IMG/VR virus record: IMGVR_UViG_3300021962_000054
Coordinates: 1-64,000 of that record
Length of the DNA: 64,000 nucleotides
Direction: 5' to 3' (one strand)
From: a virus
Numbering within the stretch: the stretch's first letter is position 1; each line of letters begins with the position of its first letter. The notes under the pieces are model-generated. The model did not search any database. It was not told the origin of the DNA and saw only the letters and a list, made by a program, of their open reading frames with translations. Below, in pieces: positions 1 through 10,110 of the stretch. The translations under genes and the position numbers were made by a program.

Positions 1-636
1 GTTGATGGGTTAGTGAAGTCGATAGACGAAAAAGCCAACGATGCAAACCCATACAACGATCAAATAAGTGAAATGGAAAACCAAGCACTTCAAACTATAA
101 GTTTTGATAAAATCAACGAATATACTAGAATGGTTGATCATCAAAAGTTCTTGCTTGACTTATTGACAAGCAAGGATAGTTTTGTGCGAAAGAAAATCAT
201 AGACCAAAACCTCAGTTATCTCAACGCAAGGCTCACACACTACTTGGACAAGATAGGTCTGCCTCATCAAGTTATATTTTTGAATGACCTATCGGTTGAG
301 ATAACTGAACTTGGACGCGAATTAGATTTCGACAATCTAAGTCGCGGTGAACGCAATCGACTAATTCTAGGCTTGTCATTTGCTTTCCGTGATGTATGGG
401 AAAGTTTGTATAGCCCGATCAATACGTTGTTCATTGACGAATTGATTGATAGTGGATTAGATAGCATTGGTGTTGAAAACAGCATGGCTATCTTGAAAGA
501 TATGAGTCGTAACAGAAATAAATCTGTGTGGCTCGTCTCGCACAGAGAAGAATTAGCAGGGCGTGTACCTAGCGTATTGAAGGTAGTGAAAGAAAATGGA
601 TTTACTACGTATAATACTAGTCATGATTTGGTATAA
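1..636 (+). CDS. gp46: Recombination endonuclease ATPase subunit (T4 gp46/SbcC/Rad50-like), 5'-truncated by the window edge
   Basis: Frame open from base 1; ABC signature LSRGE, Walker B LFIDE, D-loop GLD, H-loop VSH. Confidence 0.9.
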   Translation, partial: VDGLVKSIDEKANDANPYNDQISEMENQALQTISFDKINEYTRMVDHQKFLLDLLTSKDSFVRKKIIDQNLSYLNARLTHYLDKIGLPHQVIFLNDLSVEITELGRELDFDNLSRGERNRLILGLSFAFRDVWESLYSPINTLFIDELIDSGLDSIGVENSMAILKDMSRNRNKSVWLVSHREELAGRVPSVLKVVKENGFTTYNTSHDLV

Positions 637-673
637 ATTTTACGATCACCTTGTACAGAGATAAAATATAGAC

Positions 674-1240
674 ATGCCTAGTCCACAAAAACAAAAAGGT
701 TCCAGTTGGGAACGCGAAGTAGCAAGACATCTTAGCGAAACATATAATGAGAGTTTCATTCGCGCTCCTGGTTCAGGTGCTTATGTAGGTGGTAAAAATA
801 AGGCGCGTACACAGATTTTACATGAAGGACAGATACGCAGTTTCAAAGGCGATATCGTCCCGGGACAAAGTTTTCCTAAATTCAATGCTGAATGTAAAAG
901 CTATGCCGATTTCCCCTTTCATCTAGTGCTTACAGGACATTGTAAGGTATTAGATGGCTGGATAGATCAAATGATGGACGTAAGCGAACCTGATGATCTG
1001 AATATTCTTTTTATGAAATTCAATCGCAAGGGTAGTTTCGTCTGCGTACAAACAAATAAAACTTGGATCACAGATCAATTCTTATATTACACAAGTGAAA
1101 AACACAAAGACTGGCTCATTATTGAATTTGAACATTTTTTCAAACTAAACACAGAACTTCTAAAAACATATTGTTCAGGCACCGCAGACACCAAGTCAAA
1201 CACAATTCAACTAAACACGTTAGTAAACACAAACAATTAG
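674..1240 (+). CDS. Holliday junction resolvase-like PD-(D/E)XK nuclease
   Basis: KGSSWEREVA...GD...ECKS, typical of Hjc-like phage resolvases; follows gp46. Confidence 0.7.
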   Translation: MPSPQKQKGSSWEREVARHLSETYNESFIRAPGSGAYVGGKNKARTQILHEGQIRSFKGDIVPGQSFPKFNAECKSYADFPFHLVLTGHCKVLDGWIDQMMDVSEPDDLNILFMKFNRKGSFVCVQTNKTWITDQFLYYTSEKHKDWLIIEFEHFFKLNTELLKTYCSGTADTKSNTIQLNTLVNTNN

Positions 1241-1655
1241 TCTGATAGGGGTAGCCCTATCCTCCTTGAGCAAGTCTAGTATACTAGTCACCTGCGGATC
1301 TGGAGTAAAGGCACTCATTTAATTAAGTGCCGTATACCGAGTGGGCAATCGACAGGTTTGCGAACCCACAATGAGTACATATCTTATTTCGTTTTGCGGA
1401 TATGTAACATGCGTTATAGTAGATGAAAGTCTACAACTACAGTCCATAAACTTTACAGTATAACCGGTAGCGTATAACATCACAACAGGGTAGTTATACG
1501 GGAACAAACGACATGGGTGAGGGGCAGGCAAGTCCAACCTTTGGTAGTGCTGAGATAGCACTACCATGGATTCAAAGCGGCAAGTAATCTAAATCCTTAT
1601 ATGATAAAAATACTGAGTGAGCGATAGCGAACGAAGTGTTGTCCGAAGGACAACT
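1241..1655 (+). ncRNA. Candidate large structured non-coding RNA or replication-origin region
   Basis: Gap between convergent genes with at least nine inverted repeats, e.g. gataggg/ccctatc, ggcact/agtgcc, gtggg/cccac, tacatatc/gatatgta, cgtataac/gttatacg, tggtagtgct/agcactacca, gttgtcc/ggacaac; strand assumed. Confidence 0.45.
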
Positions 1656-1878
1656 AGAAATACGGCAGTCCCGAATTTTTAGTTGTTTCCATATGCTGTT
1701 CGATTATTTTATTGATATTATCTCTTTCTTCAGTACTCATGTTGAGTATGTCTTGATAGGATGCACCTCCTCTTAGGTGCCAAGACATCTGCATACAAGC
1801 ATTTTTTATAGCCTTTACGTCCGAATCGTATCTGTCAATGAGCTTCTTTACTCCATCCGGATCTAGAGTAAGAAGCAT
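1654..1878 (-). CDS. Putative baseplate hub assembly chaperone (T4 gp51-like)
   Basis: 74 aa, SYQDILNMSTEER motif, translationally coupled downstream of the gp26-like gene. Confidence 0.55.
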   Translation of the reverse strand: MLLTLDPDGVKKLIDRYDSDVKAIKNACMQMSWHLRGGASYQDILNMSTEERDNINKIIEQHMETTKNSGLPYF

Positions 1879-2708
1879 TATGCGAAAAAATCGCTTGGGT
1901 TCAACTGTATAGGTTGTTTATATTCGTTTTGACATTCGACTGCATCACAGGTGATTGATACTGGTTGCAATTCTGATTGTTCTTTTAGCGTTGTGCTATG
2001 GTCTCTAATTTTGATATAAGAATTTCTATCACAATTCCTCAAAAAATCGAGTATGTGAGCATATTCTGTTACTGTTACATCAGGAGTCTTGATATATTCG
2101 ATTCCTTTTGCTACAATTTCCATTGTGAGTTCAGTGATTTTTTTCAATGCATCCTGGCTTATCTTTATTTTTTCTTCTTCCGTCTGAGCCTCAGTCACTG
2201 AAGCAAAACGTTTTGTCAATTCAAACTGAGCTACTCCTGCTTCATTGATTTGCTTGAATTTGATAGGTTTGAATTTGATGGATAGATTATTGAGTTCTAG
2301 CTCAGATTTGTAATCGCCCGATTTCAATGATGCTAGCATTCTAGGTATCTCTAATCCATATGATGCTGTGTTAGAACACTTAGGACAAACCGTTTCAATC
2401 TCCAATACACCATTGCCGCTAGCAGCGCGTATTGATAATAATATTGTGTCCATATCTAATGCGCTGATTTCCCAAGGATCTTTTATATCAGGAATACAGC
2501 TTTTCACTATATTGATGACAGCAACACCGTTATATAAAGCATCAGGTGTGCGACTTGTGATCTCGTCAATCGCAGTCATAGGATATACGGGTAATTCGCC
2601 GTTTTCAGGAATGTTTATAGATCCTTCTTTATATCCTATACCATTGCTAGGTAATCTGATGTACACAGCTGGTCTGCGGAAATACTGACTTAATGGATTA
2701 TTGTTCAT
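1878..2708 (-). CDS. gp26: Baseplate hub assembly protein (T4 gp26-like)
   Basis: NPLSQYFRRP..YIRLPS, PMTAIDE, D.ILLSIRAAS, CPKC and a C-terminal Cys pair. Confidence 0.75.
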   Translation of the reverse strand: MNNNPLSQYFRRPAVYIRLPSNGIGYKEGSINIPENGELPVYPMTAIDEITSRTPDALYNGVAVINIVKSCIPDIKDPWEISALDMDTILLSIRAASGNGVLEIETVCPKCSNTASYGLEIPRMLASLKSGDYKSELELNNLSIKFKPIKFKQINEAGVAQFELTKRFASVTEAQTEEEKIKISQDALKKITELTMEIVAKGIEYIKTPDVTVTEYAHILDFLRNCDRNSYIKIRDHSTTLKEQSELQPVSITCDAVECQNEYKQPIQLNPSDFFA

Positions 2709-2746
2709 AAGCTTGTCAACCTCTTTATATGCGTGGTTTTTTGGGT

Positions 2747-2767
2747 CATAAATACTTAGATATTTAG
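2747..2767. promoter_or_regulatory. Back-to-back T4-late-type promoters (cataaata on +, ctaaata on -)
   Basis: TAAATA core on both strands between the divergent gp26-like and tape-measure-like genes. Confidence 0.5.
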
Positions 2768-2791
2768 TTCTCTTAAAATTGGCGTAAAATA

Positions 2792-5700
2792 ATGGATCCA
2801 GAACAATTACGAATACTTGAACAATTTAGTAACCAGCTCAGGCTTACTACGGATGAGTTACAGGATTTCAAAGACAGCGTAAAAGTCTTAGGTCCTGCTT
2901 TTGCTAAGATGCTAGATCCAGCTGGTAAGTTTGCAGATCAAATGAAGGCTGCAGCATCACAGACAGAGAAAAAAGCAAAAGCAGAAAAAGATGGAACTAA
3001 AGCTACTGAAGATCAAACCAAAGCGGTCACCAAAAATAAAAATGTCACTGATGCTCTTACTGAAGCACAAGAAGAATTAGAAGAATCTACTGAAGCACTA
3101 AAAGGTGCGATGGGAAGTCTTGCCAAAGGGGCAGCGGCGACTGCTGTGAAATTTGGTGATGCTTTATTGAGCAGCCAACAGGGTGTAAGCAAGTATGGAG
3201 AAGCTGTAGGTAAAGCAGGTGACGCAGCATTAGAGATTGGTAGCAAGTTTGGGATTTTAGGTACTATCATAGGCGGCTTGATAAAAGCAGGCACTATGGT
3301 TATAGAAGCGCAACTAAAACAAGCTGACGCACAGCGTAGTGCTATCGTAGAATTAAGTAAATTAGGCGCAGCTGGACAAATCAGTAGCAAGCAGATGATA
3401 GAATTATCTCACGCTGCTGATATCCCTATAAAAAGATTCAATGAATTTTTAGGCCCACTAAAAAGCATGGGCGATGCTATCACTGCGATAGGTGATAATG
3501 CTAAACAAAGCACTGAAAATTTTGCCAAATTTAGTAATGTAGGCGAAAAAGCCCGTGAAGGTTTCTTCAAATTAGGATTGACTAATCAAGACCTAACACA
3601 AAGCATGGCTGATTATATTTCGTTACAAAAAGCATCCGGTCGTGTAATCAAACAGCAAGAAATAGACAACGGTCAATTACAAAAAGCTGCACTGCGTTAT
3701 ACTTTGCAAATGCAAGAACTCAGCGATCTTACCGGTCTAGAACTTGAGCAAGCAAGAAAAAGGATGCAAGAAACTACTAATACTATTCAGATGGCTGTAA
3801 TTGGTATGCAGCGTAGTGAAAAATTAGGAAAAATGGAAGAACAGTTGGCAGCTGCAACAAAAGCAGGTAGAACGGAAGAAGCTGCTGCTATTCAAAAATC
3901 TATCGATCTTCATAAGAAACAAGATACTGCCATGGAAGATATGAACAAAGCCATGGCGGCGATCGGCGGCGGCGGCAAGGAAGCCGGTGCAGCGATGCAA
4001 CAATTTTTAGCTGACGGTGGTCTAAGCGAAGAGGCAAGTCGTAAGTTTGGTCAACTTGGAATGGATTTAGAAAAGTATAGACAACAAATGGCAGATGGTT
4101 CGTTTGATCAAGCTCAATTCATGGAAGAATATCGAAACGCTATTACTAAAAGGGTACAAGCAGTAGGTGCAGGCATAGTCGCTGCTGGCGCAGAAGCAGA
4201 AAAATTAGCCAAAGATGTAGGTGTAAGCCAGGAAGAAATTTTATGGGCACAAGCTAACCGTACAAAAAACTTTGCTGAAGAAGAAGAGAAACGTCGAAAA
4301 GCAACAGCAGAGGCTTTGAAAGGTGAAGGCGAAGTTGGCGCCGATCCAATGGCAACAAATCAAGCCAGACTAGCAGAAACAGAAAGACAAATGCAAATAG
4401 CAGCCGAAGCGGCTCTAGATGCAACAAATATAATGTATCAAGGCACATTGCCAAAATTCACTGATGCTGCTGAAAAGATGACAGAAATGCTAAACATGCT
4501 AACGGTCGCTTTAGGTGCCTTGTTAACAGTAACCGGCATAAAAGGTATAATCAATGTTGCTAAAGGTGCAGGCAAAGTATTGAAAGGTGCAAGCGACTGG
4601 TTCAAGAGCAAGAAAACACCGGCAATACCTACTACGACAGCACCACCTAAACCTACTGTACCAGTAGGAAAAGATGGTAAACCATTGCGTGGTGCAGCAC
4701 TAAAATCAGCAGAAGATAAAGCTGCTAGAGTAGCAGCAGAAAAAGCAGCAGAAAAAGCAGCAAAAGAAGCAGCCGAAGCAGCAGCGACAAAAGCTGCCAC
4801 AACGGCAGCTAGCGCAGCATCTCCTGCCGCTAATGCAGCAGCGAAAGGCGCAGGTATGCTCGGTAGAGCAGGTGCTGCATTAGGTCGATTTGGTAAATTT
4901 ATTCCCGGTGTAGGTCAAGTAATCACTGCAGGTTTAGCAGCAAAAGGGGCTTACGATGCCTATCAAGATGTAGAAGGAACAATGGGCGGATTGAGAGAGG
5001 GTCAAAAAGCTACAACAGGTCAAAAAGTTGCAGCAGGCGCAGCAGGCGCATTATCCTCACTAACTTTTGGCGCCATAGATGCGAAAACTATAGGCGGGTT
5101 CCTAAACAAGACATTAGGTTTAGGAGAAACAGAAGAAGAACAAGCGGCTAGAATAGCAGAAGAAACTATAGCAACAGATAAAAGCGCACAAGAATATGAA
5201 GTATTTGACAGTCTTATTAAGGATCTAGAAGGCACGAAAGAACCGCTTGACAAATTCGGCAGTCAGCTTACAGATGCAAAAACTCCTGTACAGGATTTTA
5301 GCGAAACAATGAAAAAAGCAAATGAAATGCTGTCACAAAGCGCATTCGGCGGTGGCGCGATGTCCGGCATGGGTAGCCCATTTACAATGTCTAGGGATGC
5401 AGGTTTTGCCACTCGTCGTTCTGACTTTGAGAGAGAGGCGCTGATGAGGGAGTTGGGGCTTAGTGGCGGTGCCGGTGGTGCAGGCGGTGGTGGTGCAGGC
5501 GGTGGTGGTGCAGGCGGTGCCGGTGGTGCAGGCGGTGGTGGCGGTGCAGCACCAGCAGCAGCAGGTGGAGGTGCAGGCGGCAGCGGAGTTCCTGGTTCAA
5601 GATCAAGAGGAGAAGGATTCCTAAGTCGTGTTCTTGGAATGTTTGGATTTGGGGGCGAGGACGTTTTACCAGCAGGAGACACAGAAGGTCAAGGACCAAC

Positions 5701-6484
5701 CCCGGGCCCAGATGGTAAACTTTTAGACTTTATCGCAAAATATGAATCAAGAGGAAATTATAATATTCTTGTAGGAGGCAAAACTAAAACAGATCCAGCT
5801 CTTACAGATATGACGGTAGCAGAAGTTCTTGATTTTCAAAAATCTATGCGTGGAATGGGACACGAAACCACTGCATTGGGCAAGTATCAAATCATTCGAG
5901 GCACTCTGCAAGGACTTGTCAAACGAGGCGTAGTTGGATTAGATGATAAATTTGATCAATCTACTCAGGATAAAGCAGCTATAGGTCTATTAGATATAAG
6001 AGGGCGTGAAAAATTCAAGTCAGGTAGAATAGATGCCAACACTTATGCAAATAACATTGCAAAAGAATGGGCTAGCATGCCTATGCCAAATGGTCAAAGC
6101 TATTATGCAGGTGTAGGAAGCAATGCTGCACATGCTGATAGACAAGAACTTATGAGTTCAATATCAGCAAGGATGGGAGGAATAGCTAAAGGTCCAAACT
6201 CTGGTTATCCTGCAACGTTGCACGGAAGTGAACTCATTGTGCCATTAGATCCCAATAGTATATTAGCAGAATTGGGTAAAAAATCAGCATCACAAATTTC
6301 TAGTCAGATGGAGTCTATCCAAAATAATGTAACTGCTACAAAAGACTCATCAGGAATGTCTGATGTGTTGCGCCAAAATCAAGCTATGATCGAAATGCTT
6401 TCTGACAAACTAGATAGCATGATAAAACACCTCGATACAAGCAACGATACACAAACTAAGTTATTACGTTATAGTCAGGCTTAG
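2792..6484 (+). CDS. Tape-measure-like protein with C-terminal lysozyme/transglycosylase-like domain
   Basis: 1230 aa, Ala/Lys/Glu helical composition; Gly-rich hinge; then IAKYESRGNYN...GKYQII...EWASMP, a lambda-lysozyme-like motif set. Confidence 0.7.
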   Translation: MDPEQLRILEQFSNQLRLTTDELQDFKDSVKVLGPAFAKMLDPAGKFADQMKAAASQTEKKAKAEKDGTKATEDQTKAVTKNKNVTDALTEAQEELEESTEALKGAMGSLAKGAAATAVKFGDALLSSQQGVSKYGEAVGKAGDAALEIGSKFGILGTIIGGLIKAGTMVIEAQLKQADAQRSAIVELSKLGAAGQISSKQMIELSHAADIPIKRFNEFLGPLKSMGDAITAIGDNAKQSTENFAKFSNVGEKAREGFFKLGLTNQDLTQSMADYISLQKASGRVIKQQEIDNGQLQKAALRYTLQMQELSDLTGLELEQARKRMQETTNTIQMAVIGMQRSEKLGKMEEQLAAATKAGRTEEAAAIQKSIDLHKKQDTAMEDMNKAMAAIGGGGKEAGAAMQQFLADGGLSEEASRKFGQLGMDLEKYRQQMADGSFDQAQFMEEYRNAITKRVQAVGAGIVAAGAEAEKLAKDVGVSQEEILWAQANRTKNFAEEEEKRRKATAEALKGEGEVGADPMATNQARLAETERQMQIAAEAALDATNIMYQGTLPKFTDAAEKMTEMLNMLTVALGALLTVTGIKGIINVAKGAGKVLKGASDWFKSKKTPAIPTTTAPPKPTVPVGKDGKPLRGAALKSAEDKAARVAAEKAAEKAAKEAAEAAATKAATTAASAASPAANAAAKGAGMLGRAGAALGRFGKFIPGVGQVITAGLAAKGAYDAYQDVEGTMGGLREGQKATTGQKVAAGAAGALSSLTFGAIDAKTIGGFLNKTLGLGETEEEQAARIAEETIATDKSAQEYEVFDSLIKDLEGTKEPLDKFGSQLTDAKTPVQDFSETMKKANEMLSQSAFGGGAMSGMGSPFTMSRDAGFATRRSDFEREALMRELGLSGGAGGAGGGGAGGGGAGGAGGAGGGGGAAPAAAGGGAGGSGVPGSRSRGEGFLSRVLGMFGFGGEDVLPAGDTEGQGPTPGPDGKLLDFIAKYESRGNYNILVGGKTKTDPALTDMTVAEVLDFQKSMRGMGHETTALGKYQIIRGTLQGLVKRGVVGLDDKFDQSTQDKAAIGLLDIRGREKFKSGRIDANTYANNIAKEWASMPMPNGQSYYAGVGSNAAHADRQELMSSISARMGGIAKGPNSGYPATLHGSELIVPLDPNSILAELGKKSASQISSQMESIQNNVTATKDSSGMSDVLRQNQAMIEMLSDKLDSMIKHLDTSNDTQTKLLRYSQA
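5463..5582 (+). repeat. GC-rich ggtgcaggcggt(ggt) microrepeat encoding a Gly/Ala hinge
   Basis: Tandem ggtggtgcaggc units visible directly. Confidence 0.85.
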
Positions 6485-6516
6485 TACTAAATACTTCAAT
6501 AGCCTAAAAAAACATT

Positions 6517-8313
6517 ATGCCATTCAAGAAAAAATTCGTAAACAAATCGGGTTTTGTAAGCCCTATCAGTGGTGCTAATAGCAATAGCGGCGCTTGGAAC
6601 AGCACACCGGGTAATAATTATACTCCTGACGCATATAACAATGCTGAATGGGGATATCGCAATTACATGAGCAGACTTCCCGAAGTCTATACTGGTCACC
6701 CAAATAGAATTGAACGCTATAATCAATATGAGATGATGGACGTGGATGCTGAAATCAATGCATGTTTAGACATCATCAGCGAATTTAGTACACAGAAAAA
6801 TGATCACAATCAAACACCATTCAATATAGAGTTTTTAGATGAACCTACTAGTCATGAGATTCAAATTCTAAAAGAACAATTGCAGCAGTGGTGCAAACTA
6901 AATCAATTCGATCAAAGAATCTTCAAGATATTTCGTAATGTTGTAAAATACGGAGATCAAGTGTTCGTCCGTGACCCAGAAAACTTCAAGTTATATTGGG
7001 TCGATATGGTCAAAGTTATCAAAGTCATCGTCAATGAGAGTGAAGGCAAAAAGCCAGAACAATATGTAATCAAAGACTTGAATATCAATCTACAAAATTT
7101 ATCAGTTGCGCAGAAAACTAATACGGACTTTGCCGCTAATCCGGCAACTGGATTGGGCGGTACTGGTGGCGGAACAAATACTCCTTATACAGTACCGGCA
7201 ATGCCATATAATACGTCAGGTAGCCGTTTCACATTAGGTCAGAGCGAAGCCGCTATCGACGCGAAACATATAGTACATTTGAGTCTAACAGAAGGACTTG
7301 ACCGTTTCTGGCCTTTCGGTCAGTCCATATTAGAAAATATTTTCAAAGTTTATAAACAAAAAGAATTGCTTGAAGACGCTGTGTTGATCTATCGTGTACA
7401 ACGCGCACCAGAACGTAGATTGTTCAAGATCGACGTTGGTAACATGCCAAGTCATATGGCTATGGCATTCGTAGAACGTATCAAAAATGAGATACATCAA
7501 CGTAGAATTCCTAGCGTATACGGCGGTTCAAGTATCGTAGATGCTAGCTATAATCCACTGTCAATGAACGAAGATTACTTCTTCCCAGTCACCGCAGATG
7601 GACGTGGATCAAGTGTAGAAGTCATGCCTGGTGGGCAGAATCTAGGCGAGATTGACGACTTACGTTATTTCAACAATAGATTAGCGCGTGGTTTACGTGT
7701 TCCAAGCAGCTATCTACCAACTGGCCCAGATGATAGTGATCGTCCATTAAGTGACGGTCGTGTTGGTACAGCATTGATTCAAGAATTTCGTTTCAATCAA
7801 TATTGTGAAAGATTACAAAATTATATGTCTATCACATTGGACGAAGAATTCAAATTATTCTTACGTTGGCGCGGATTGAATATTCATAGTGGATTATTCA
7901 AATTACAGTTCAATGCTCCACAAAATTTTGCTGCATATCGTCAAAGTGAATTAGATACTGCTAGAGTCAGTACATTTACTAGCATGGAAGCATTTCCATA
8001 TATGAGCAAGCGTTTTGCTATGGAACGTTTTTTAGGTCTTACTGAAGATGAGATCAACAAGAACGAAAAAATGTGGCGAGAAGAAAATGGTAAAACTGAT
8101 CTGGAAGAACCTAAAGGAAATGATCTACGCAGCGTAGGCGTAAGCAATGCTGATATCGAAACTGATCTAGAAACAGCAGACGAATTAGAACAAGCACCAG
8201 AAGGTGGAGAAGATTTAGAAGCAGCAGGACCAGTAGCTGATGCAGGAGCAGGCGGTGCACCTGCAGAGCCGGCGCCAGCAGCACCGGCTACTCCCGGAAG
8301 TCCTCCAGCATAA
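6517..8313 (+). CDS. gp20: Portal protein
   Basis: LLEDAVLIYRVQRAPERRLFKIDVGNMP, EDYFFP, LRVPSSYL are T4 gp20 hallmarks. Confidence 0.95.
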   Translation: MPFKKKFVNKSGFVSPISGANSNSGAWNSTPGNNYTPDAYNNAEWGYRNYMSRLPEVYTGHPNRIERYNQYEMMDVDAEINACLDIISEFSTQKNDHNQTPFNIEFLDEPTSHEIQILKEQLQQWCKLNQFDQRIFKIFRNVVKYGDQVFVRDPENFKLYWVDMVKVIKVIVNESEGKKPEQYVIKDLNINLQNLSVAQKTNTDFAANPATGLGGTGGGTNTPYTVPAMPYNTSGSRFTLGQSEAAIDAKHIVHLSLTEGLDRFWPFGQSILENIFKVYKQKELLEDAVLIYRVQRAPERRLFKIDVGNMPSHMAMAFVERIKNEIHQRRIPSVYGGSSIVDASYNPLSMNEDYFFPVTADGRGSSVEVMPGGQNLGEIDDLRYFNNRLARGLRVPSSYLPTGPDDSDRPLSDGRVGTALIQEFRFNQYCERLQNYMSITLDEEFKLFLRWRGLNIHSGLFKLQFNAPQNFAAYRQSELDTARVSTFTSMEAFPYMSKRFAMERFLGLTEDEINKNEKMWREENGKTDLEEPKGNDLRSVGVSNADIETDLETADELEQAPEGGEDLEAAGPVADAGAGGAPAEPAPAAPATPGSPPA

Positions 8314-8326
8314 GATAAATAAGATT

Positions 8327-8554
8327 ATGAAATTGTTTGAAATGTTTGATCCACCGGTAGCAGGTTTTCAAGATGTTGATCAAGACAACAGCAAACCTGT
8401 ATGGAGAACATCAAGAAAGACTAAACTAACTCTAAAACAAATTAGAAAACTAAGAAAGATGTTAGATGTCAGGAACTTTGAAAAGAAAGAATATCTCAAA
8501 AAGGTACGCGAACAATATAGCGCGTCCCAGCAAAATCAAGCTGCTTCAGCTTAA
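8327..8554 (+). CDS. Small basic head-module protein (hypothetical)
   Basis: ATG 5 nt after gataaata; RKTKLTLKQIRKLRKM; true start lies inside the ORF-track 8240 frame. Confidence 0.7.
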   Translation: MKLFEMFDPPVAGFQDVDQDNSKPVWRTSRKTKLTLKQIRKLRKMLDVRNFEKKEYLKKVREQYSASQQNQAASA

Positions 8555-8652
8555 AACATCCAAAAACGCAAAAAAATCGCACTTATTGAACACTTTTTTG
8601 TGCTATACACTAAATAATTCTACAAAGCCATTTTTATCCAGGAGAAATTACA

Positions 8653-9441
8653 ATGGAAAACAAGAAATTTGAACAGCTTATTGACCTAATCATCAATGAG
8701 CAAGAAGAGAAAGCACAAGAATTATTCCACGAGATCGTCGTCGAAAAATCACGCGAAATCTATGAATCAATCATGGACGAAGAGATGATGGACGAAGAAG
8801 CTGGCATGGTCGGCGAAGTAGGCGATCTAATGGACGAAATCTCAGCAGAAGAGTCAGGTGACGTTGTAGAAGCTGAAGAAGATGAAGCAGACATCGATTT
8901 TGATGACGATGCTGAAGAAGCCGGCAAAGACCTAACTCATGACCTAGAAGACGAGCATGATGCTGAAGGTTCAGTAGATAAAGAAGACCTAGGTGACATC
9001 AAAGACAAACTAGATGATTTGATGGCAGAATTCGAAGCTCTAATGAGCGGCGATGCAGGCGAAGAAGAAGTTGAAAGCGAAGAAGAAGTCGAAATCAACG
9101 AAGAAGAGATGGACGAAGAAGTAATGGAAGCAGTCCAATTGCAGAAAGTTGCTGTACACCACGGTGACGACGGCGCAAACAAGAAGAGCGTTGTAGCAGC
9201 AAACTCAGGTGCAAAGGGTATGGACAGCAAGCCAGTTAAGTTCAGCGGTGACGCAGAACCAAATCCAACTGGTCCAAAAGGTCCACATAACGAATATAGT
9301 AAGAAAGAAGGCGACTTGCCAGGCGCAGGTTCATTCAAGAATGTACCAGGCGGTAAGGCAAAAGTAGATTTGACAGCAGCTCCTAAGCCAGTAACTAAGG
9401 ACGGTGCTTCAAATGATCGTAGCCCAGTAGCAAAAGGCTAA
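8653..9441 (+). CDS. Acidic prohead core-like protein
   Basis: SD aggag; very Asp/Glu-rich; sits between portal and protease like T4 core genes. Confidence 0.6.
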   Translation: MENKKFEQLIDLIINEQEEKAQELFHEIVVEKSREIYESIMDEEMMDEEAGMVGEVGDLMDEISAEESGDVVEAEEDEADIDFDDDAEEAGKDLTHDLEDEHDAEGSVDKEDLGDIKDKLDDLMAEFEALMSGDAGEEEVESEEEVEINEEEMDEEVMEAVQLQKVAVHHGDDGANKKSVVAANSGAKGMDSKPVKFSGDAEPNPTGPKGPHNEYSKKEGDLPGAGSFKNVPGGKAKVDLTAAPKPVTKDGASNDRSPVAKG

Positions 9442-9461
9442 TAAGGGGAACTTGGAGAACA

Positions 9462-10103
9462 ATGGCTTTGTATCTCAAAGAGCACCTAACGTTCGATAGA
9501 GCGAACATGGTCGTTGAGTCTGTCAAAGAAGGCAACGACGAACTAAAGACCCTCTACATGAAGGGCATCTTTATTCAGGGCGGGGTAAAGAACGCAAATG
9601 AGCGTGTTTACCCTGTTTCTGAAATTGAAACCGCTGTCGATACGTTGAATAAGCAAATTACAGAAGGTTACTCTGTATTGGGTGAAGTTGACCACCCAGA
9701 TGATCTAAAGATCAATCTAGACCGTGTAAGCCACATGATCACAAGCATGTGGATGGATGGCGCAAACGGTTTCGGTAAACTAAAGATTCTACCAACTCCA
9801 ATGGGTCAATTAGTAAAGACTATGTTGGAGAGTGGTGTAAAACTAGGCGTTTCAAGTCGTGGATCAGGTAATGTAAACGATTTGGACGGCAAGGTAAGTG
9901 ATTTTGAAATAATCACTGTTGATATAGTCGCACAACCAAGCGCACCTAACGCATATCCTAAAGCAATTTATGAAAGCCTCATGAATATGAAGCATGGTCA
10001 TAAAGTTTTAGATATCGCTAGAGAAGCAAGGGGCGACAAAAAGGTACAAAGATACTTGGCTGAGGAAATAAAACGCCTCATCAATGATCTAAAAATAAAA
10101 TAA
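9462..10103 (+). CDS. gp21: Prohead core protease
   Basis: GIFIQG..KNANERVYP, LGEVDHP, GVSSRGSG, DIVAQPSAP. Confidence 0.95.
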   Translation: MALYLKEHLTFDRANMVVESVKEGNDELKTLYMKGIFIQGGVKNANERVYPVSEIETAVDTLNKQITEGYSVLGEVDHPDDLKINLDRVSHMITSMWMDGANGFGKLKILPTPMGQLVKTMLESGVKLGVSSRGSGNVNDLDGKVSDFEIITVDIVAQPSAPNAYPKAIYESLMNMKHGHKVLDIAREARGDKKVQRYLAEEIKRLINDLKIK

Positions 10104-10110
10104 AGGGGAT

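Noticed and set aside
1319-1567. 82-aa minus-strand ORF in the structured gap
   Set aside because: No recognisable motif or ribosome-binding site; the dense inverted repeats are better explained as RNA or DNA structure
1612-1655. Hammerhead-like ctgagtga-gc-gata-gc-gaa
   Set aside because: Core deviates from CUGANGA...GAAA and I could not build stems I and III with a cleavage triplet
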